Shown: positions 18,721-29,723, counted from the first letter of the stretch. The stretch is 61,937 nt of DNA from an uncultured virus (IMG/VR IMGVR_UViG_3300020469_000015) (IMGVR_UViG_3300020469_000015); one strand, 5' to 3'. Program-made: numbers and translations. The notes: generated by a model from the letters alone, not told the origin.

Positions 18721-19347
18721 ATGTTTAGAGAAAAACACTATCAAGTAATAAAAAATTTAATTAGTCCTGAAATGGCAGAATTAGGATATCGTTACTTATT
18801 AAACAAAAGGAGAGTATTTAATATCTTACATGAAAATAAACAAATATCTCCGTTTAGTGAAGATTATGGTTATATGAATGACCTTACTGTAAAGAATACA
18901 TGGGCAAATTATGGTGATGTTTTATTTGACACAATACTTACAGAAAAAAAAGAAACTATAGAAAAAGAAATAGACTATAAACTTGTTGAAACATATACTT
19001 ATGCAAGATTATATAAACATGGTGATATACTTAGAAGACATAAAGACAGACCATCATGTCAAATATCTGCTACAATGTTTTTAGGTGGTGAACCTTGGTC
19101 TATCTATGTTGATAATACAGGTGGTACAAATAATCCAGGTACTAAAGTTGATTTAGAACCAGGTGATTGTTTAATGTATCGTGGTTGTGAATTAGAACAT
19201 TGGCGTGATGAATTTAAAGGCGAAATCTGTGGTCAAGTATTCTTTCATTATAATGACGCTAGTGATCCTCAATCAAAAAAATTAAAATTTGATAGAAGAC
19301 CTGTATTAGGTTTACCGGGTCATATTGCTAAATATTATTTAGATTAA
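18721..19347 (+). CDS. 2OG-Fe(II) oxygenase (marine phage type)
   Basis: TYTYARLYKHGDILRRHKDRPSCQIS.T, L.PGD...YRGC.LEHWR, QVFFHY; ATG 18721 has an AAAGG SD. Confidence 0.85.
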   Translation: MFREKHYQVIKNLISPEMAELGYRYLLNKRRVFNILHENKQISPFSEDYGYMNDLTVKNTWANYGDVLFDTILTEKKETIEKEIDYKLVETYTYARLYKHGDILRRHKDRPSCQISATMFLGGEPWSIYVDNTGGTNNPGTKVDLEPGDCLMYRGCELEHWRDEFKGEICGQVFFHYNDASDPQSKKLKFDRRPVLGLPGHIAKYYLD

Positions 19348-19907
19348 GACCAACTTTTGTCGTCTGGGTTCCAAATTCTTACTACTGTTTGATCCGTTGT
19401 TGGAGAAGTAATTACTTCTGGCGTATCTGCGTCTGAACCTAATGCACTTCTTATCCACCCACCGTGATGAGAACTTTCCCTAAGTTTTTGACATATCCAT
19501 CTTGTATTGTCTTGGTCCCAACTCAAATTATACTCATAAGTTTTACCACCATCTTCATAAGTTGTTACAGTTGGTTGTGCGACTGGTTCATAATAAGCAC
19601 CATCAACTGAACTTAATACCCAATTAGAATGTGGTTTAATTGCTGTAAAGTATCCATTACCACCATCATCAATAAAATAACCATCAATACATGCAAATCT
19701 TTTTCTAAAGTTATGATTGTATGACGTTTGTTTCCATGCGACACCTGGATAAGCACCATCTACATATGCAATTGAAGGATCCTCAGAAATATTATTAGCA
19801 CACCAAGTTTCTCCGTCAACTGCCATATCAGCAGATACATTACTGTCATCTACTACGTTTACTCTTAAAACTTTTTTGTTACTATCTAATTCCGCAAAAT
19901 GTGCCAT
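19344..19907 (-). CDS. Tail-associated hypothetical protein (MAHFAEL... family; partner of the Gly-rich protein)
   Basis: MAHFAELD...VLRV.VV, WKQTSYN.NFRKRFA..., F....PH..W; AAGGAG SD. Confidence 0.7.
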   Translation of the reverse strand: MAHFAELDSNKKVLRVNVVDDSNVSADMAVDGETWCANNISEDPSIAYVDGAYPGVAWKQTSYNHNFRKRFACIDGYFIDDGGNGYFTAIKPHSNWVLSSVDGAYYEPVAQPTVTTYEDGGKTYEYNLSWDQDNTRWICQKLRESSHHGGWIRSALGSDADTPEVITSPTTDQTVVRIWNPDDKSWS

Positions 19908-19920
19908 TATTTCTCCTTAA

Positions 19921-20817
19921 TTAACTTGTATATGTTCCTGGACTATTAAAACTGTGAACTCTATTACTACCTACAATAGATTGTGTACCACCTGAACCTT
20001 TTGGAGCAGTACCTGGATAAGCAATAACAACTCTACCAGAACCACCTGAACCGGCAGCACCATTCCAATGACGCATGCCTCCGCCACCACCACCTCTGTT
20101 AGAAGTACCTGACACTGCTGATGCATTTTCTGGGTGTTGTTGTTGACCTCGACCACCTCCGCCTGATCCACCAGGACCATTACCAGGGCTGTGACCTCCG
20201 CCGCCGCCTGCATAAGTGATACCGTCACCTGGGAAAGATGCTCCGTTACCACCACTTGTACCTGAAGCAGAGTTTGATTTACCACCTCCAGCACCACCGC
20301 CGCCGCCGCCGGGACCTGTACTACCACTATTACCTTGTCCTGAAATACCTGAACCACCACCAGTACCATTACTACCACCGCCGCCTGATCCACCAGGATT
20401 ACCGGATCTGGAGTTTTCTGCACCACCAGAACCACCACCAGTTGATGGTATACTGTTGAATGATGAAGCTGAACCATTATTACCTCTATTTGTAAAACCT
20501 GTGTTTGGTCCGCCGCCACCACCTATTGAAGCAGGGAAGTTACTACCTGGTGCCGTTTCTATTGATCCTGTTCTCATACCACCTGCACCACCTCCAGCAC
20601 CTTGGTTTTCGCCGCCGCCTCCGCCGCCTGCAACAACTAGATATGTGAATGTGTAAGTGTTTGTTTTATTTTGTAAGTCTGACATAGCAACAGCACCACT
20701 AGGTTGACCTGCTAAACTTCTCACAGGTGTTGAACCCATGTTTATTTGTGCCGTTGAACTTTCACCTAATTCATCATTTACGTCTGATAAACCTATCTGT
20801 CCATTTGGTGTTGCCAT
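19921..20817 (-). CDS. Glycine-rich putative receptor-binding adhesin (gp38-like architecture)
   Basis: N-terminal P.G.I.LSDVN.ELG segment, then YLVVAGGGGGG...GGSGGGG...YAGGGGG...GSGGSGRVVIAYP; directly downstream of an S74-tipped fibre. Confidence 0.75.
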   Translation of the reverse strand: MATPNGQIGLSDVNDELGESSTAQINMGSTPVRSLAGQPSGAVAMSDLQNKTNTYTFTYLVVAGGGGGGENQGAGGGAGGMRTGSIETAPGSNFPASIGGGGGPNTGFTNRGNNGSASSFNSIPSTGGGSGGAENSRSGNPGGSGGGGSNGTGGGSGISGQGNSGSTGPGGGGGGAGGGKSNSASGTSGGNGASFPGDGITYAGGGGGHSPGNGPGGSGGGGRGQQQHPENASAVSGTSNRGGGGGGMRHWNGAAGSGGSGRVVIAYPGTAPKGSGGTQSIVGSNRVHSFNSPGTYTS

Positions 20818-20834
20818 CTTAATTTCTCCTCAAA

Positions 20835-23800
20835 TTATTTATTCTTTTTTAAAGTATTAACTTCGTCTGTTAATTCTTTGACAGCTTCAATCAATACTGA
20901 TACTAGTCTGTCATACTTAACTGCTTTGATACCGTCAGGTCTTGTACCAACGATTTCTGGCATAACTTTTTCAACATCTTGTGCGATAACACCAACGTCT
21001 CTTTTTCTTACAAAGTATCCGTCTTCGCCACCTTTACTCTCAATGAAACTATCTTTCCAATCAAAGAATACACCGTTGATTTTCTTAATCATTTCAAGTG
21101 GAGAAGGAATGTTGATAATGTTTTCCTTAAGCGCTACGTCTGAACTGTAGAAGGCAGTAATATCGTTTGTTGCTCTTAACTCACCAGCAGTACCTGAAGC
21201 GGCAGTATTAAGACCTAAACTGTCTAACTGTACGTCATTACCGTCTGTTGTGTTTGATACAACAACTGTACCTGCTTGAGTTGGTAAAGTGATTGTTATA
21301 TCACCTGTTGAAGCAGGACCTATTAAAGTTACTGCGTTAGTACCGTTATCACTATCTTCAAAGAACTTAACAAAACCAGCACTAGTAGCCGCATTTTTTG
21401 TTTCTAGTCCAGTTGAGAATGTACCTGTTGTACCTGCAATTGTAGTTGCCGTTAAGGCACCTGTATCTAATGTAGATGAACCGTTATCTATGTTACCAAA
21501 ACCTGATGTAATTGTACCAGAGTTTAAGGCACCAGTAGTAACTATGTTTGCACCACCAACACTATGACCTGCAAAATATGTTGATACTGTATCAACGTTT
21601 GTCATTCTCATAGTACCGCCATCATTAATTAATATACCATCACCTGAAGCGACAGCAGTAGTACCTCTAGCAGTACCACCATCTATTAAATTAATTTCTG
21701 CCGGTGTTGCACTAATAGCGTCTGTACTAGCAGCGGCAAAAGGTTGTAAAGTACCTGCTACGTTTGCAAGATTAATTGCTCTATCAGCAGTTGGGTCAAC
21801 TACACCTAATGTTGTTTCAAAACTATCATTTGAAGAACCTTCAAAGATAACTGAATAACTTTGTCCTAGTGATAAATTACCACCCGCTGTGATTGCACCT
21901 GCACTCAAAGCACCTGTAGTTGTGATTGTTGATGAACCATTGTTTATAGTACCAAAACCTGATGTAATTGTACCAGAGTCCAAAGCACCTGTTGACACAA
22001 GATTTGGCATTGCTGTAATTTCGTCATCAAGGTAGGCAGCAAGAGTTTGAACTGTAGTCATTCTCATTGTACCGCCGTCATTGATTAGTACACCATCACC
22101 GTCTGCAATTGCTGTAGTACCTCTAGCAGTACCACCGTCAATTAAGTTTAATTCTGCCGGTGTTGCCGTAATTTGGTCTGTTGAAGCAGCAGCAAATGGT
22201 TGTATTGTACCTGCAACGTTAGCGATGTTGACTGCTCTGTCAGCAGTTGGATCAACTACACCTAATGTTGTTTCAAAACTATCTGCACTTGCACCTTCAA
22301 ATACTACAGAACCACTTAATACTGCGCCTGTTGCTGTTACTGTACTTGATGATGTGATTGCACCTGAACCTACTGTCCCTGCTAATGTTACGTTTGCACC
22401 ATCAAATGTTGCCGCCGTAGTTGTGCCTGATTTAATGATTAAGTTACCAGAGTTATTAGTTGCACTACCATAAGTAGTACCTGCGTCTAGGAAGAAAATA
22501 TCTCCGCCATCAGCGTCTATCTTAATATCACCTGGAGCGTCTAATGTAATATCAGTTGCACCATTTAAAACAAAATCTAAGGCAGTTGTACCACCCGCTT
22601 TCAAAGTGATGTTATCACCATCAGCGTCTAAGATAATGTCTGTAGTTGCGTCAAGTGTGATTGTTGAACCACTATCTATTTCTGCAATTACGGGAGTTGT
22701 AAGTGTTTTATTTGTTAATGTTTCTGTAGCAGTTATTAAAGAAACTGTACCAGTTAAATCTGGTATAGTTACTGTTCTATCTGCTGTTGGGTCAGTAGCA
22801 ACTAGTGTTGTTTCAAAACTGTCTGCTGTTGAACCTTCAAAAACGAAACCTGTTTGTAAGTTAACTGTTGAACTATCAACTGTAGTTGTAGAACCTGATA
22901 CTGTTAAGTTACCTGCGATTGTTACGTTTGCACCTGACATGGTCATAGCAGTAGTTGTACCTGATTTAATAATCAAGTTACCGCCTGTGTTCGTTAATGA
23001 ACCGTAAGTAGTACCAGCGTCTTTTAAGAAAACATCTCCGCCATCTGCGTCTAATATGATATCTGTAGCTGCGTCAACTGTAAAGTTGCCAGCACTATCT
23101 ATTTCAGCAATAACTGGAGTAGTTAGTGTTTTGTTAGTCAACGTATCTGTTGTTGCTCTTCCCACTAATGTGTCTGTTGCGTCTGGTAATGTAAGTGTTC
23201 TATCTGCTGTTGGGTCTGTAACTGCAATAGTTGTTTCAAAACTATCTGCTGTTGCACCTTCAAATACTAATGGACTTGCATTTGATAATATTGCTTGAGT
23301 ACCAGTAAGTGAACCAGATGATGTAATTGCACCTGAAGCAACTGTACCTGCCAATGTTACGTTTGCACCACTAAATGTTGCAGCTGTTGTAGTTCCTGAT
23401 TTGATAATCAAGTTACCTGAATTGTTTGTTGCACTACCATAGACAGCACCACCATCCATAAAGATTATGTCTCCGCCATCAGCGTCTATTTTAACATCGC
23501 CTGGAGCGTCTAGTGTAATATCTGTTGCACCGTTACTAACAAAATCTAGTGTTGTTGTACCACCGTCTTTTATAGTTACATTAGCACCATCAGCGTCTAA
23601 TATAATATCTGCTGAAGCGTCTAATGTGATAGTAGAACCATCAATCTCGTTGATAACTGGTGTTGTTAAAGTTTTGTTTGTTAAAGTATCAGTTGTATCT
23701 CTTCCTACTAGTGTAGTAGTAGCGTTAGGGATAGTTACTGTTCTATCTGCTGTTGGGTCTGTAACAGTTAGAGTTGTTTCAAAACTGTCGTCTGAAGCAC

Positions 23801-24038
23801 CTTCAAAAGTGAAACTTGCACCTGTAAAAGAAGCGCCTGAAATATTTGGACTCGTTAAGGTTTTGTTTGTGAGTGTTTGTGTAGCGGTTGTTGTTACTAC
23901 TTCAAAACCACCTGCTGTCGAGCCGTCATGGACTCTAAGAGTATCTTTATCAGTATCTACACTTACCTCACCTACAGCACCTGTAAAACTATTATTTTGA
24001 GACGTGTTACCTCGTCTTAATTGTAATGCTGTTGGCAT
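20835..24038 (-). CDS. Tail fibre with Mtd-N-like N-terminus and C-terminal peptidase S74 intramolecular chaperone
   Basis: LQLRRG......FTGA.GE..VDT....LRVHDG.T.GG; five FEG..A.SFETT modules; FYSSD..LKENI...GVIAQDVE.V.PE.V...V.YDRL. Confidence 0.9.
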   Translation of the reverse strand: MPTALQLRRGNTSQNNSFTGAVGEVSVDTDKDTLRVHDGSTAGGFEVVTTTATQTLTNKTLTSPNISGASFTGASFTFEGASDDSFETTLTVTDPTADRTVTIPNATTTLVGRDTTDTLTNKTLTTPVINEIDGSTITLDASADIILDADGANVTIKDGGTTTLDFVSNGATDITLDAPGDVKIDADGGDIIFMDGGAVYGSATNNSGNLIIKSGTTTAATFSGANVTLAGTVASGAITSSGSLTGTQAILSNASPLVFEGATADSFETTIAVTDPTADRTLTLPDATDTLVGRATTDTLTNKTLTTPVIAEIDSAGNFTVDAATDIILDADGGDVFLKDAGTTYGSLTNTGGNLIIKSGTTTAMTMSGANVTIAGNLTVSGSTTTVDSSTVNLQTGFVFEGSTADSFETTLVATDPTADRTVTIPDLTGTVSLITATETLTNKTLTTPVIAEIDSGSTITLDATTDIILDADGDNITLKAGGTTALDFVLNGATDITLDAPGDIKIDADGGDIFFLDAGTTYGSATNNSGNLIIKSGTTTAATFDGANVTLAGTVGSGAITSSSTVTATGAVLSGSVVFEGASADSFETTLGVVDPTADRAVNIANVAGTIQPFAAASTDQITATPAELNLIDGGTARGTTAIADGDGVLINDGGTMRMTTVQTLAAYLDDEITAMPNLVSTGALDSGTITSGFGTINNGSSTITTTGALSAGAITAGGNLSLGQSYSVIFEGSSNDSFETTLGVVDPTADRAINLANVAGTLQPFAAASTDAISATPAEINLIDGGTARGTTAVASGDGILINDGGTMRMTNVDTVSTYFAGHSVGGANIVTTGALNSGTITSGFGNIDNGSSTLDTGALTATTIAGTTGTFSTGLETKNAATSAGFVKFFEDSDNGTNAVTLIGPASTGDITITLPTQAGTVVVSNTTDGNDVQLDSLGLNTAASGTAGELRATNDITAFYSSDVALKENIINIPSPLEMIKKINGVFFDWKDSFIESKGGEDGYFVRKRDVGVIAQDVEKVMPEIVGTRPDGIKAVKYDRLVSVLIEAVKELTDEVNTLKKNK

Positions 24039-24065
24039 ATTTTTCTCCTAGTTAATTCTATGCTA

Positions 24066-24082
24066 TATTTATACTATTTATA
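24066..24082 (-). promoter_or_regulatory. Two tandem TATAAATA late promoters
   Basis: TATAAATA at 24075-24082 and 24066-24073, upstream of the fibre gene starting at 24038. Confidence 0.7.
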
Positions 24083-24087
24083 ATCTA

Positions 24088-25989
24088 TTATGCTACACTT
24101 CCTAAATCAACTGTAACTACAGAACCTCTAGGTTCCATGTGGTCATACAAATCAGATGTAATAACTTGGAATGCGTCAACGATTGCTTGAAAAGGTGTCT
24201 CACCTCCTGCTAAGTCAGCATTTCCTTGCGCCGCTGGGTGTTCTGTTAGTGTTGATTGTGGGAATGATGTATCAATTGTCATTGCCACAGTACCTGTTTT
24301 ATTAGGTATTGTGATTGTTCTATCAGCGGTTGGGTCTGTTACTGCTAAAGTAGTCTCAAAACTGTCTGCTGTTGAACCTTCAAATACAATGTTACCACCA
24401 ACTGTTAAGTTGGTAACGCTTGGACTTGCGTCTAAAGCGATTGAGATATCATTGTTTGAAACTGTTGTAGTGATATTACTACCACCTGAAAAATCTAATG
24501 TATCACTTGCTAATGATATTGTATCGTTTGACCCACTATCTGCACCTACTGTTAAAGTAGTTGTGATTGAGGCAGTTGATACTGCTGTTACAAGTCCTTT
24601 TGCGTTAACTGTTACTACTGGTATTGCTGTAGCACTACCTGCTTGACCTACGTTTGAATTAACTGTTGCTAATGTCAATGCACCGTTTGTTGCTACTGTA
24701 GCGTCACCACTAAACATTCCATGAGATATAAGAGTACCAGTTGCGTTTGGTAATGTAATTGTTCTATCTGCTGTAGGGTCTGTTACAGTTAAAGAAGTTT
24801 CAAATGAGTTAGCAGTAGAACCTTCAAAACTGATTGCACTATCTGATAATGTTAAACCTGAAACTGTTGGACTTGTTAAAGTTTTATTTGTTAATGTGTC
24901 TGTGGTGTTTCTTGCAACTAATTGGTCTGAAGCTGCACTTGGTAATGTTAATGTAATATCTGAACTTGGATTACCTGGTGTTAAAGTAGTTTCAAAACTA
25001 TCTACTGTTGAACCTTCAAAGACAATACTTCCTGATATAAGACCATTGAAGACAACTGTATCTGAAGCACTATCACCAAGATTAATTGTACCACCGTTAA
25101 ATGTAGATGTACCTGTAACTGTTAAGTCACCACCAACTGATAAATCATTTGCAGCTGTTACGTTTGCACCACTCATTGTTAATGCTGTTGTAGTACCTGA
25201 TTTGATTATTAAGTTACCAGATGTATTTGTTAATGACCCATAAGTTGTACCTGCGTCTTTTAAGAATACATCACCACCATCAGCGTCTAATACGATATCT
25301 GTGGTTGCGTCTAATGTAATTGTAGAACCACTATCTATTTCAGCAATAACAGGTGTCGTTAATGTTTTATTTGTAAGTGTTTGTGTTGAAGCAATACCTG
25401 CTAATGTATCACTAGCAGTAGCGGGTAATGTTAAACTAATATCAGCACTTGGATTACCTGGTACTAAAGTAGTTTCAAAACTATCAGCACTTGAACCTTC
25501 AAATACTAAACTACCTGCAATAGTACCACCAAAGGTTACTGTATCTGTAGCAGCGTCACCTAAAGTAATATTACTATCACCCTCAGTTGTACCTGTGACT
25601 GTTAAGTTACCTGCAATGGTAACATTTGCACCTGACATTGAAATAGCAGTAGTAGCACTACCACTTGATTTAATGACAAGTTGTCCTGATGAGTTACTAA
25701 ATCTACCAAATTCAGTACCGTCATCTTTTAAAATAATATCTGCGCCACCAGCGTCTAATGTAATGTCTGTAGCTGCGTCTAATGTGATTGCGTTAGCAGA
25801 AAAACCGTCACCGTATTCTAAACCGTTTGCACCTGCATTTACTCTTAATACCTGACCGGCAGTTCCTACAGCGGCTAAACCTGTACCACCGTGTACGAAA
25901 CCTACTGTTTCTCCTGATTGATATTCTGCTAGTCCAGTAGCGTTTCCACTACTGTCGAAGACCGTCCTTATTGGTACTTTATCTGCCAT
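24088..25989 (-). CDS. Tail fibre / fibre-segment protein
   Basis: 633 aa, Thr/Gly/Ser-rich; four FEG...SFET modules and TLTNKTLT.P motifs. Confidence 0.85.
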   Translation of the reverse strand: MADKVPIRTVFDSSGNATGLAEYQSGETVGFVHGGTGLAAVGTAGQVLRVNAGANGLEYGDGFSANAITLDAATDITLDAGGADIILKDDGTEFGRFSNSSGQLVIKSSGSATTAISMSGANVTIAGNLTVTGTTEGDSNITLGDAATDTVTFGGTIAGSLVFEGSSADSFETTLVPGNPSADISLTLPATASDTLAGIASTQTLTNKTLTTPVIAEIDSGSTITLDATTDIVLDADGGDVFLKDAGTTYGSLTNTSGNLIIKSGTTTALTMSGANVTAANDLSVGGDLTVTGTSTFNGGTINLGDSASDTVVFNGLISGSIVFEGSTVDSFETTLTPGNPSSDITLTLPSAASDQLVARNTTDTLTNKTLTSPTVSGLTLSDSAISFEGSTANSFETSLTVTDPTADRTITLPNATGTLISHGMFSGDATVATNGALTLATVNSNVGQAGSATAIPVVTVNAKGLVTAVSTASITTTLTVGADSGSNDTISLASDTLDFSGGSNITTTVSNNDISIALDASPSVTNLTVGGNIVFEGSTADSFETTLAVTDPTADRTITIPNKTGTVAMTIDTSFPQSTLTEHPAAQGNADLAGGETPFQAIVDAFQVITSDLYDHMEPRGSVVTVDLGSVA

Positions 25990-26013
25990 AATACTATTTA
26001 TATCCTTTTAGTG

Positions 26014-29000
26014 TTAAAATGAAAATAATGCTCTCTCTTGTGTTGTTATTGATGTACCATCTGCCTTAGTAAATCCTTCAAATACAAAGTCTGAACGACC
26101 AGACGCTTTAAAGTTCAAAGTGGCTGCAGCTGAAGCTAAACCACCAGTTTTTGTAAATAGTGGCACACCTCTTGTTACAATACCTGTAATAGGGTCAGCG
26201 TCTGGAATCGCTCTATCACCTACCTTACTATTCGCCGGTAATACTACTGTTGTTCCAGTAGAGGATAATTGTGCGTTACCTAAGAAGATTGTACTTCCTG
26301 ATACATGCAATGCTGCCCATTTTAAAGAAGCAGAACCTAAACTATGAGTATCATTAGCACTAGGTACAAAATCTGACGCCACTCTAGCGTTAAATGTTAC
26401 TGTATCACCAGTTGCATTACCAACTACAGTATTACCTGAAGATGTTAAATTTGTAAATGAACCTGCTTGACCACCACCAGTAATATCGCTTGTTAACGCA
26501 ACTGTACCTGTTGAGTTAGGGAAAGTTATTGTTCTATCTGCTGTAGGGTCTGTAACTGCAAGTGTTGTCTCAAAACTATCTGCTGTACTACCTTCAAATA
26601 CAATGCTACCACCAACGTTTACATTAGCACTTGTTGTTAATGCTGTTACTGATGGAGAAGCGTCTAAGGCAATCGCTATATTGTTATTAGAAACCGTTGT
26701 TGTAATGTTTGCACCACCCTCATAATTAAGTGTGTCTGTCGCCAAAGAAACAGCGTCATTTGAACCACTATCTGCACCTACAGTTAATGTTGTTACAATT
26801 GTTGCTGTTGATAAGGCAGTAACAAGACCTTTTGCGTTAACTGTTACTACTGGTATTGATGTTGTACTACCAAACTGACCTACGTTACTATTGACTGTTG
26901 TTAATGTTAATGCACCAGATGTTGCCATTGTAGCGTCACCAGATACATCAGCAGTTACAACTAAAGTACCTGTAGAGTTAGGTAAACTAATTGTTCTATC
27001 TGCTGTTGGGTCTGTAACTGCTAAAGTTGTTTCAAAACTATTATTTGTTGAACCTTCAAAAACAAGAGGACTTGCACCTGAAAGAACTAGTCCTGTTAAG
27101 TCTGCCGTTCCAGTAAATGCACCACTTAATGTTCCTGCATTGATTGTTGGACTTGTTAAAGTTTTGTTTGTTAATGTGTCTGTAGTGTTTCTTGCAACTA
27201 TAGTATCAGTAGCACTTGACGGTAATGTAAGAGTAATATCTCCACTAGGATTACCTGGTGTTAAAGTTGTTTCAAAACTGTCTGCTGTACTACCCTCAAA
27301 GACTAAACTACCTTGAATAGTACCACCAAAAGTAATAGTATCTGTAGCAGCGTCACCAATTGTTATATTGCCATCATTTTCTGTTGCACCAGTTACTACT
27401 AAATTACCTGCAATTGTAACATTGGCACCTGACATTGAGATTGCCGTTGTAGAACTTGAACCTGATTTAATTACTAACTCACCTGAACTATTAGTAAATC
27501 TACCAAACTCAGTACCGTCATCTTTTAAAATTATGTCTTGTTCACCTGCGTCTAATATAATATCAGTAGCAGCGTCTAAAGTTATAGAAGCATTGGAATC
27601 TATTTCTGCAATTACAGGAGTTGTTAAAGTTTTATTTGTTAATGTATCAGTAGTTGCTTTACCTATTAATGTGTCTGTTGCATTTGGTAATGATACTGTT
27701 CTATCTGCTGTAGGGTCAACTGTAGTTAATGTTGTTTCAAAACTATCTGCTGTTGCACCTTCAAAGACTAAAGCATTCTGAACATTTATAGATGAACTGT
27801 CAACCGTAGTTGTAGTACCTTGAACTGTTAAGTTACCTGCAACTGTAGCATTACCTGCCATAGTTACATTAGCACCACTAAATGTCATAGCAGTTGTAGT
27901 ACCAGATTTAATTATTAAGTTACCTGAACTATTTGTTAACGCACCAAAAGCAGCTGTATCATCTTTTAAAAATATATCTCCGCCACCTGCGTCTAAAGTA
28001 ATATCTTGTACTGCGTCTAATTCTATACCACCAGTACCGTCTATATGTGCTATAACTGGATTTGTAAACTGTTTGTTTGATAAAGTTTCTGAACCTGTAA
28101 GTGTAACGAAACTATCACTTTGTAATGCACTATTAAATTCTGCAACTGAACCTGTTATAGTATTGTTTGCTAAATCTATTGATTTGTTTGTAAGTGTATC
28201 AGTAGTTGCTTTACCTACAAGTGTATCACTAGCGCTTGATGGTAATGTAAGTGTAATATCAGCAGTTGGATTACCTGGCGTTAATGTAGTTTCAAAACTA
28301 TCACTTGTACTACCTTCAAATACTAAACTGCCAGTAATTGTACCATTGAAAGCAATTGTATCTGTAGCTGCGTCACCAAGATTAATTGTACCACCATTGA
28401 ATGTAGATGTACCTGTAACTGTTAAGTTACCTGCTAACGTGGCACTTGAACCACTAAATGTTAATGCTGTTGTAGAACTTGAACTTGATTTAATTACTAA
28501 TTCACCAGATGAGTTTGTAAATCTACCAAACTCAGTACCACCGTCTTTTAAAATTATATCTGCACCATCAGCGTCTAATGTAATATCAGCATCAGCGTCT
28601 AGTACAATACCACCACTTGATAAGGAATCTATTTCAGCAATCTTTGGTTGTGTTATAGTTTTATTTGTAAATGTTTCTGTATTTGCTAAAGTAGCAAAGT
28701 CAGCACTTTGTAATGCACTATTAAATTCTGTTATTGTACCTGTTAAGGAGTTGGCGTCTAAATCTATTGTCTTGTTAGTAAGTGTTGCTGTGCCATCTAA
28801 AATAAAATTTCTAATACTTTCACCAGAGTGAATACTTTTAGCAGTTGCCGTTACGGCAGGAAATGTATCATCATCAATTGGCGCACCTGATACGAATTGA
28901 CCTGAGGCAGTTGCATATTGTAAAATAGCACCGTCAGGTAATGATGAAGCAGTAACGTTTGTTAAATCACCTATAGCAGTAACAGATGTAACAGCACCGC

Positions 29001-29076
29001 CACCTGCGGGAACTGTAACAGAAACTTTTTGAGGACCTGCGCTATTGGTTGATGTTATCTTTGCTTTAATTGCCAT
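26014..29076 (-). CDS. Tail fibre / fibre-segment protein
   Basis: 1020 aa; five FEG...SFETT modules, LDA..DI.LDA.G.DI.LKD repeats, C-terminal PSAND.HSLGSAS.KW. Confidence 0.88.
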   Translation of the reverse strand: MAIKAKITSTNSAGPQKVSVTVPAGGGAVTSVTAIGDLTNVTASSLPDGAILQYATASGQFVSGAPIDDDTFPAVTATAKSIHSGESIRNFILDGTATLTNKTIDLDANSLTGTITEFNSALQSADFATLANTETFTNKTITQPKIAEIDSLSSGGIVLDADADITLDADGADIILKDGGTEFGRFTNSSGELVIKSSSSSTTALTFSGSSATLAGNLTVTGTSTFNGGTINLGDAATDTIAFNGTITGSLVFEGSTSDSFETTLTPGNPTADITLTLPSSASDTLVGKATTDTLTNKSIDLANNTITGSVAEFNSALQSDSFVTLTGSETLSNKQFTNPVIAHIDGTGGIELDAVQDITLDAGGGDIFLKDDTAAFGALTNSSGNLIIKSGTTTAMTFSGANVTMAGNATVAGNLTVQGTTTTVDSSSINVQNALVFEGATADSFETTLTTVDPTADRTVSLPNATDTLIGKATTDTLTNKTLTTPVIAEIDSNASITLDAATDIILDAGEQDIILKDDGTEFGRFTNSSGELVIKSGSSSTTAISMSGANVTIAGNLVVTGATENDGNITIGDAATDTITFGGTIQGSLVFEGSTADSFETTLTPGNPSGDITLTLPSSATDTIVARNTTDTLTNKTLTSPTINAGTLSGAFTGTADLTGLVLSGASPLVFEGSTNNSFETTLAVTDPTADRTISLPNSTGTLVVTADVSGDATMATSGALTLTTVNSNVGQFGSTTSIPVVTVNAKGLVTALSTATIVTTLTVGADSGSNDAVSLATDTLNYEGGANITTTVSNNNIAIALDASPSVTALTTSANVNVGGSIVFEGSTADSFETTLAVTDPTADRTITFPNSTGTVALTSDITGGGQAGSFTNLTSSGNTVVGNATGDTVTFNARVASDFVPSANDTHSLGSASLKWAALHVSGSTIFLGNAQLSSTGTTVVLPANSKVGDRAIPDADPITGIVTRGVPLFTKTGGLASAAATLNFKASGRSDFVFEGFTKADGTSITTQERALFSF

Positions 29077-29100
29077 AATACCCCTTTATGACATAATATA

Positions 29101-29439
29101 TTAACGTGTGACATTTGGACTCACCGTTACGGTTCCTTGCAATACTCTTGTTACCACACTATCGCTTGATGTTACTTCAATATCATACACATATCTTCCT
29201 TCTTCAACGGCAGCCGTTTGAGTAGAAGTTAGAGAAAGTGTTATTTGTCCTTCTGACCTATCAGCAGAAAACGATATTGTAAATGTAGCTGACGCTGAAC
29301 TTGATGAGTATGACTTTCGTATTTGACCTGCAGCTGTGTATCCAGTTAGGTTAAATACTGTGTCATCATCATTGAAAAGCGTTATTGTACTTGAAAAGTT
29401 TGCACCTTGTTCAATTAGTAGATTAGTAATAGCTGCCAT
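29101..29439 (-). CDS. Small Ig-like virion structural protein (fibre/baseplate associated)
   Basis: NL.IEQGA.F......FNLTGYT...QIRKSY...G.ITLSLT..QT.....GRYVYDIE....VTRVLQG.VTVSP. Confidence 0.75.
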   Translation of the reverse strand: MAAITNLLIEQGANFSSTITLFNDDDTVFNLTGYTAAGQIRKSYSSSSASATFTISFSADRSEGQITLSLTSTQTAAVEEGRYVYDIEVTSSDSVVTRVLQGTVTVSPNVTR

Positions 29440-29466
29440 AATTTCTCCTTATGGGACTATTTATAA

Positions 29467-29703
29467 TTACTTATCTTTCTTTTCAGTTTCTTTTTTTGGT
29501 CTTTGGTCTTCAGGTAACACCTCAGTTGGAATAACTTTAGTATAGTATGCCAATAGGACATCTATCTTTTCTATTTCAACTTGATGTTGGATTTTTTGTG
29601 CTCTAAGATTGTTATATTGTTCAGCATGTATCTTACCTTTTACTGTAAGGTGTTCCATATCTAAATTAATATCTTTAGGTTGTTCTTTTGCTTTCTCAGC
29701 CAT
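29467..29703 (-). CDS. Hypothetical coiled-coil protein (possible fibre chaperone)
   Basis: 78 aa; GGAG SD; directly follows the S74 fibre gene. Confidence 0.6.
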   Translation of the reverse strand: MAEKAKEQPKDINLDMEHLTVKGKIHAEQYNNLRAQKIQHQVEIEKIDVLLAYYTKVIPTEVLPEDQRPKKETEKKDK

Positions 29704-29723
29704 GATTTATTCTCCGTTAGTTA

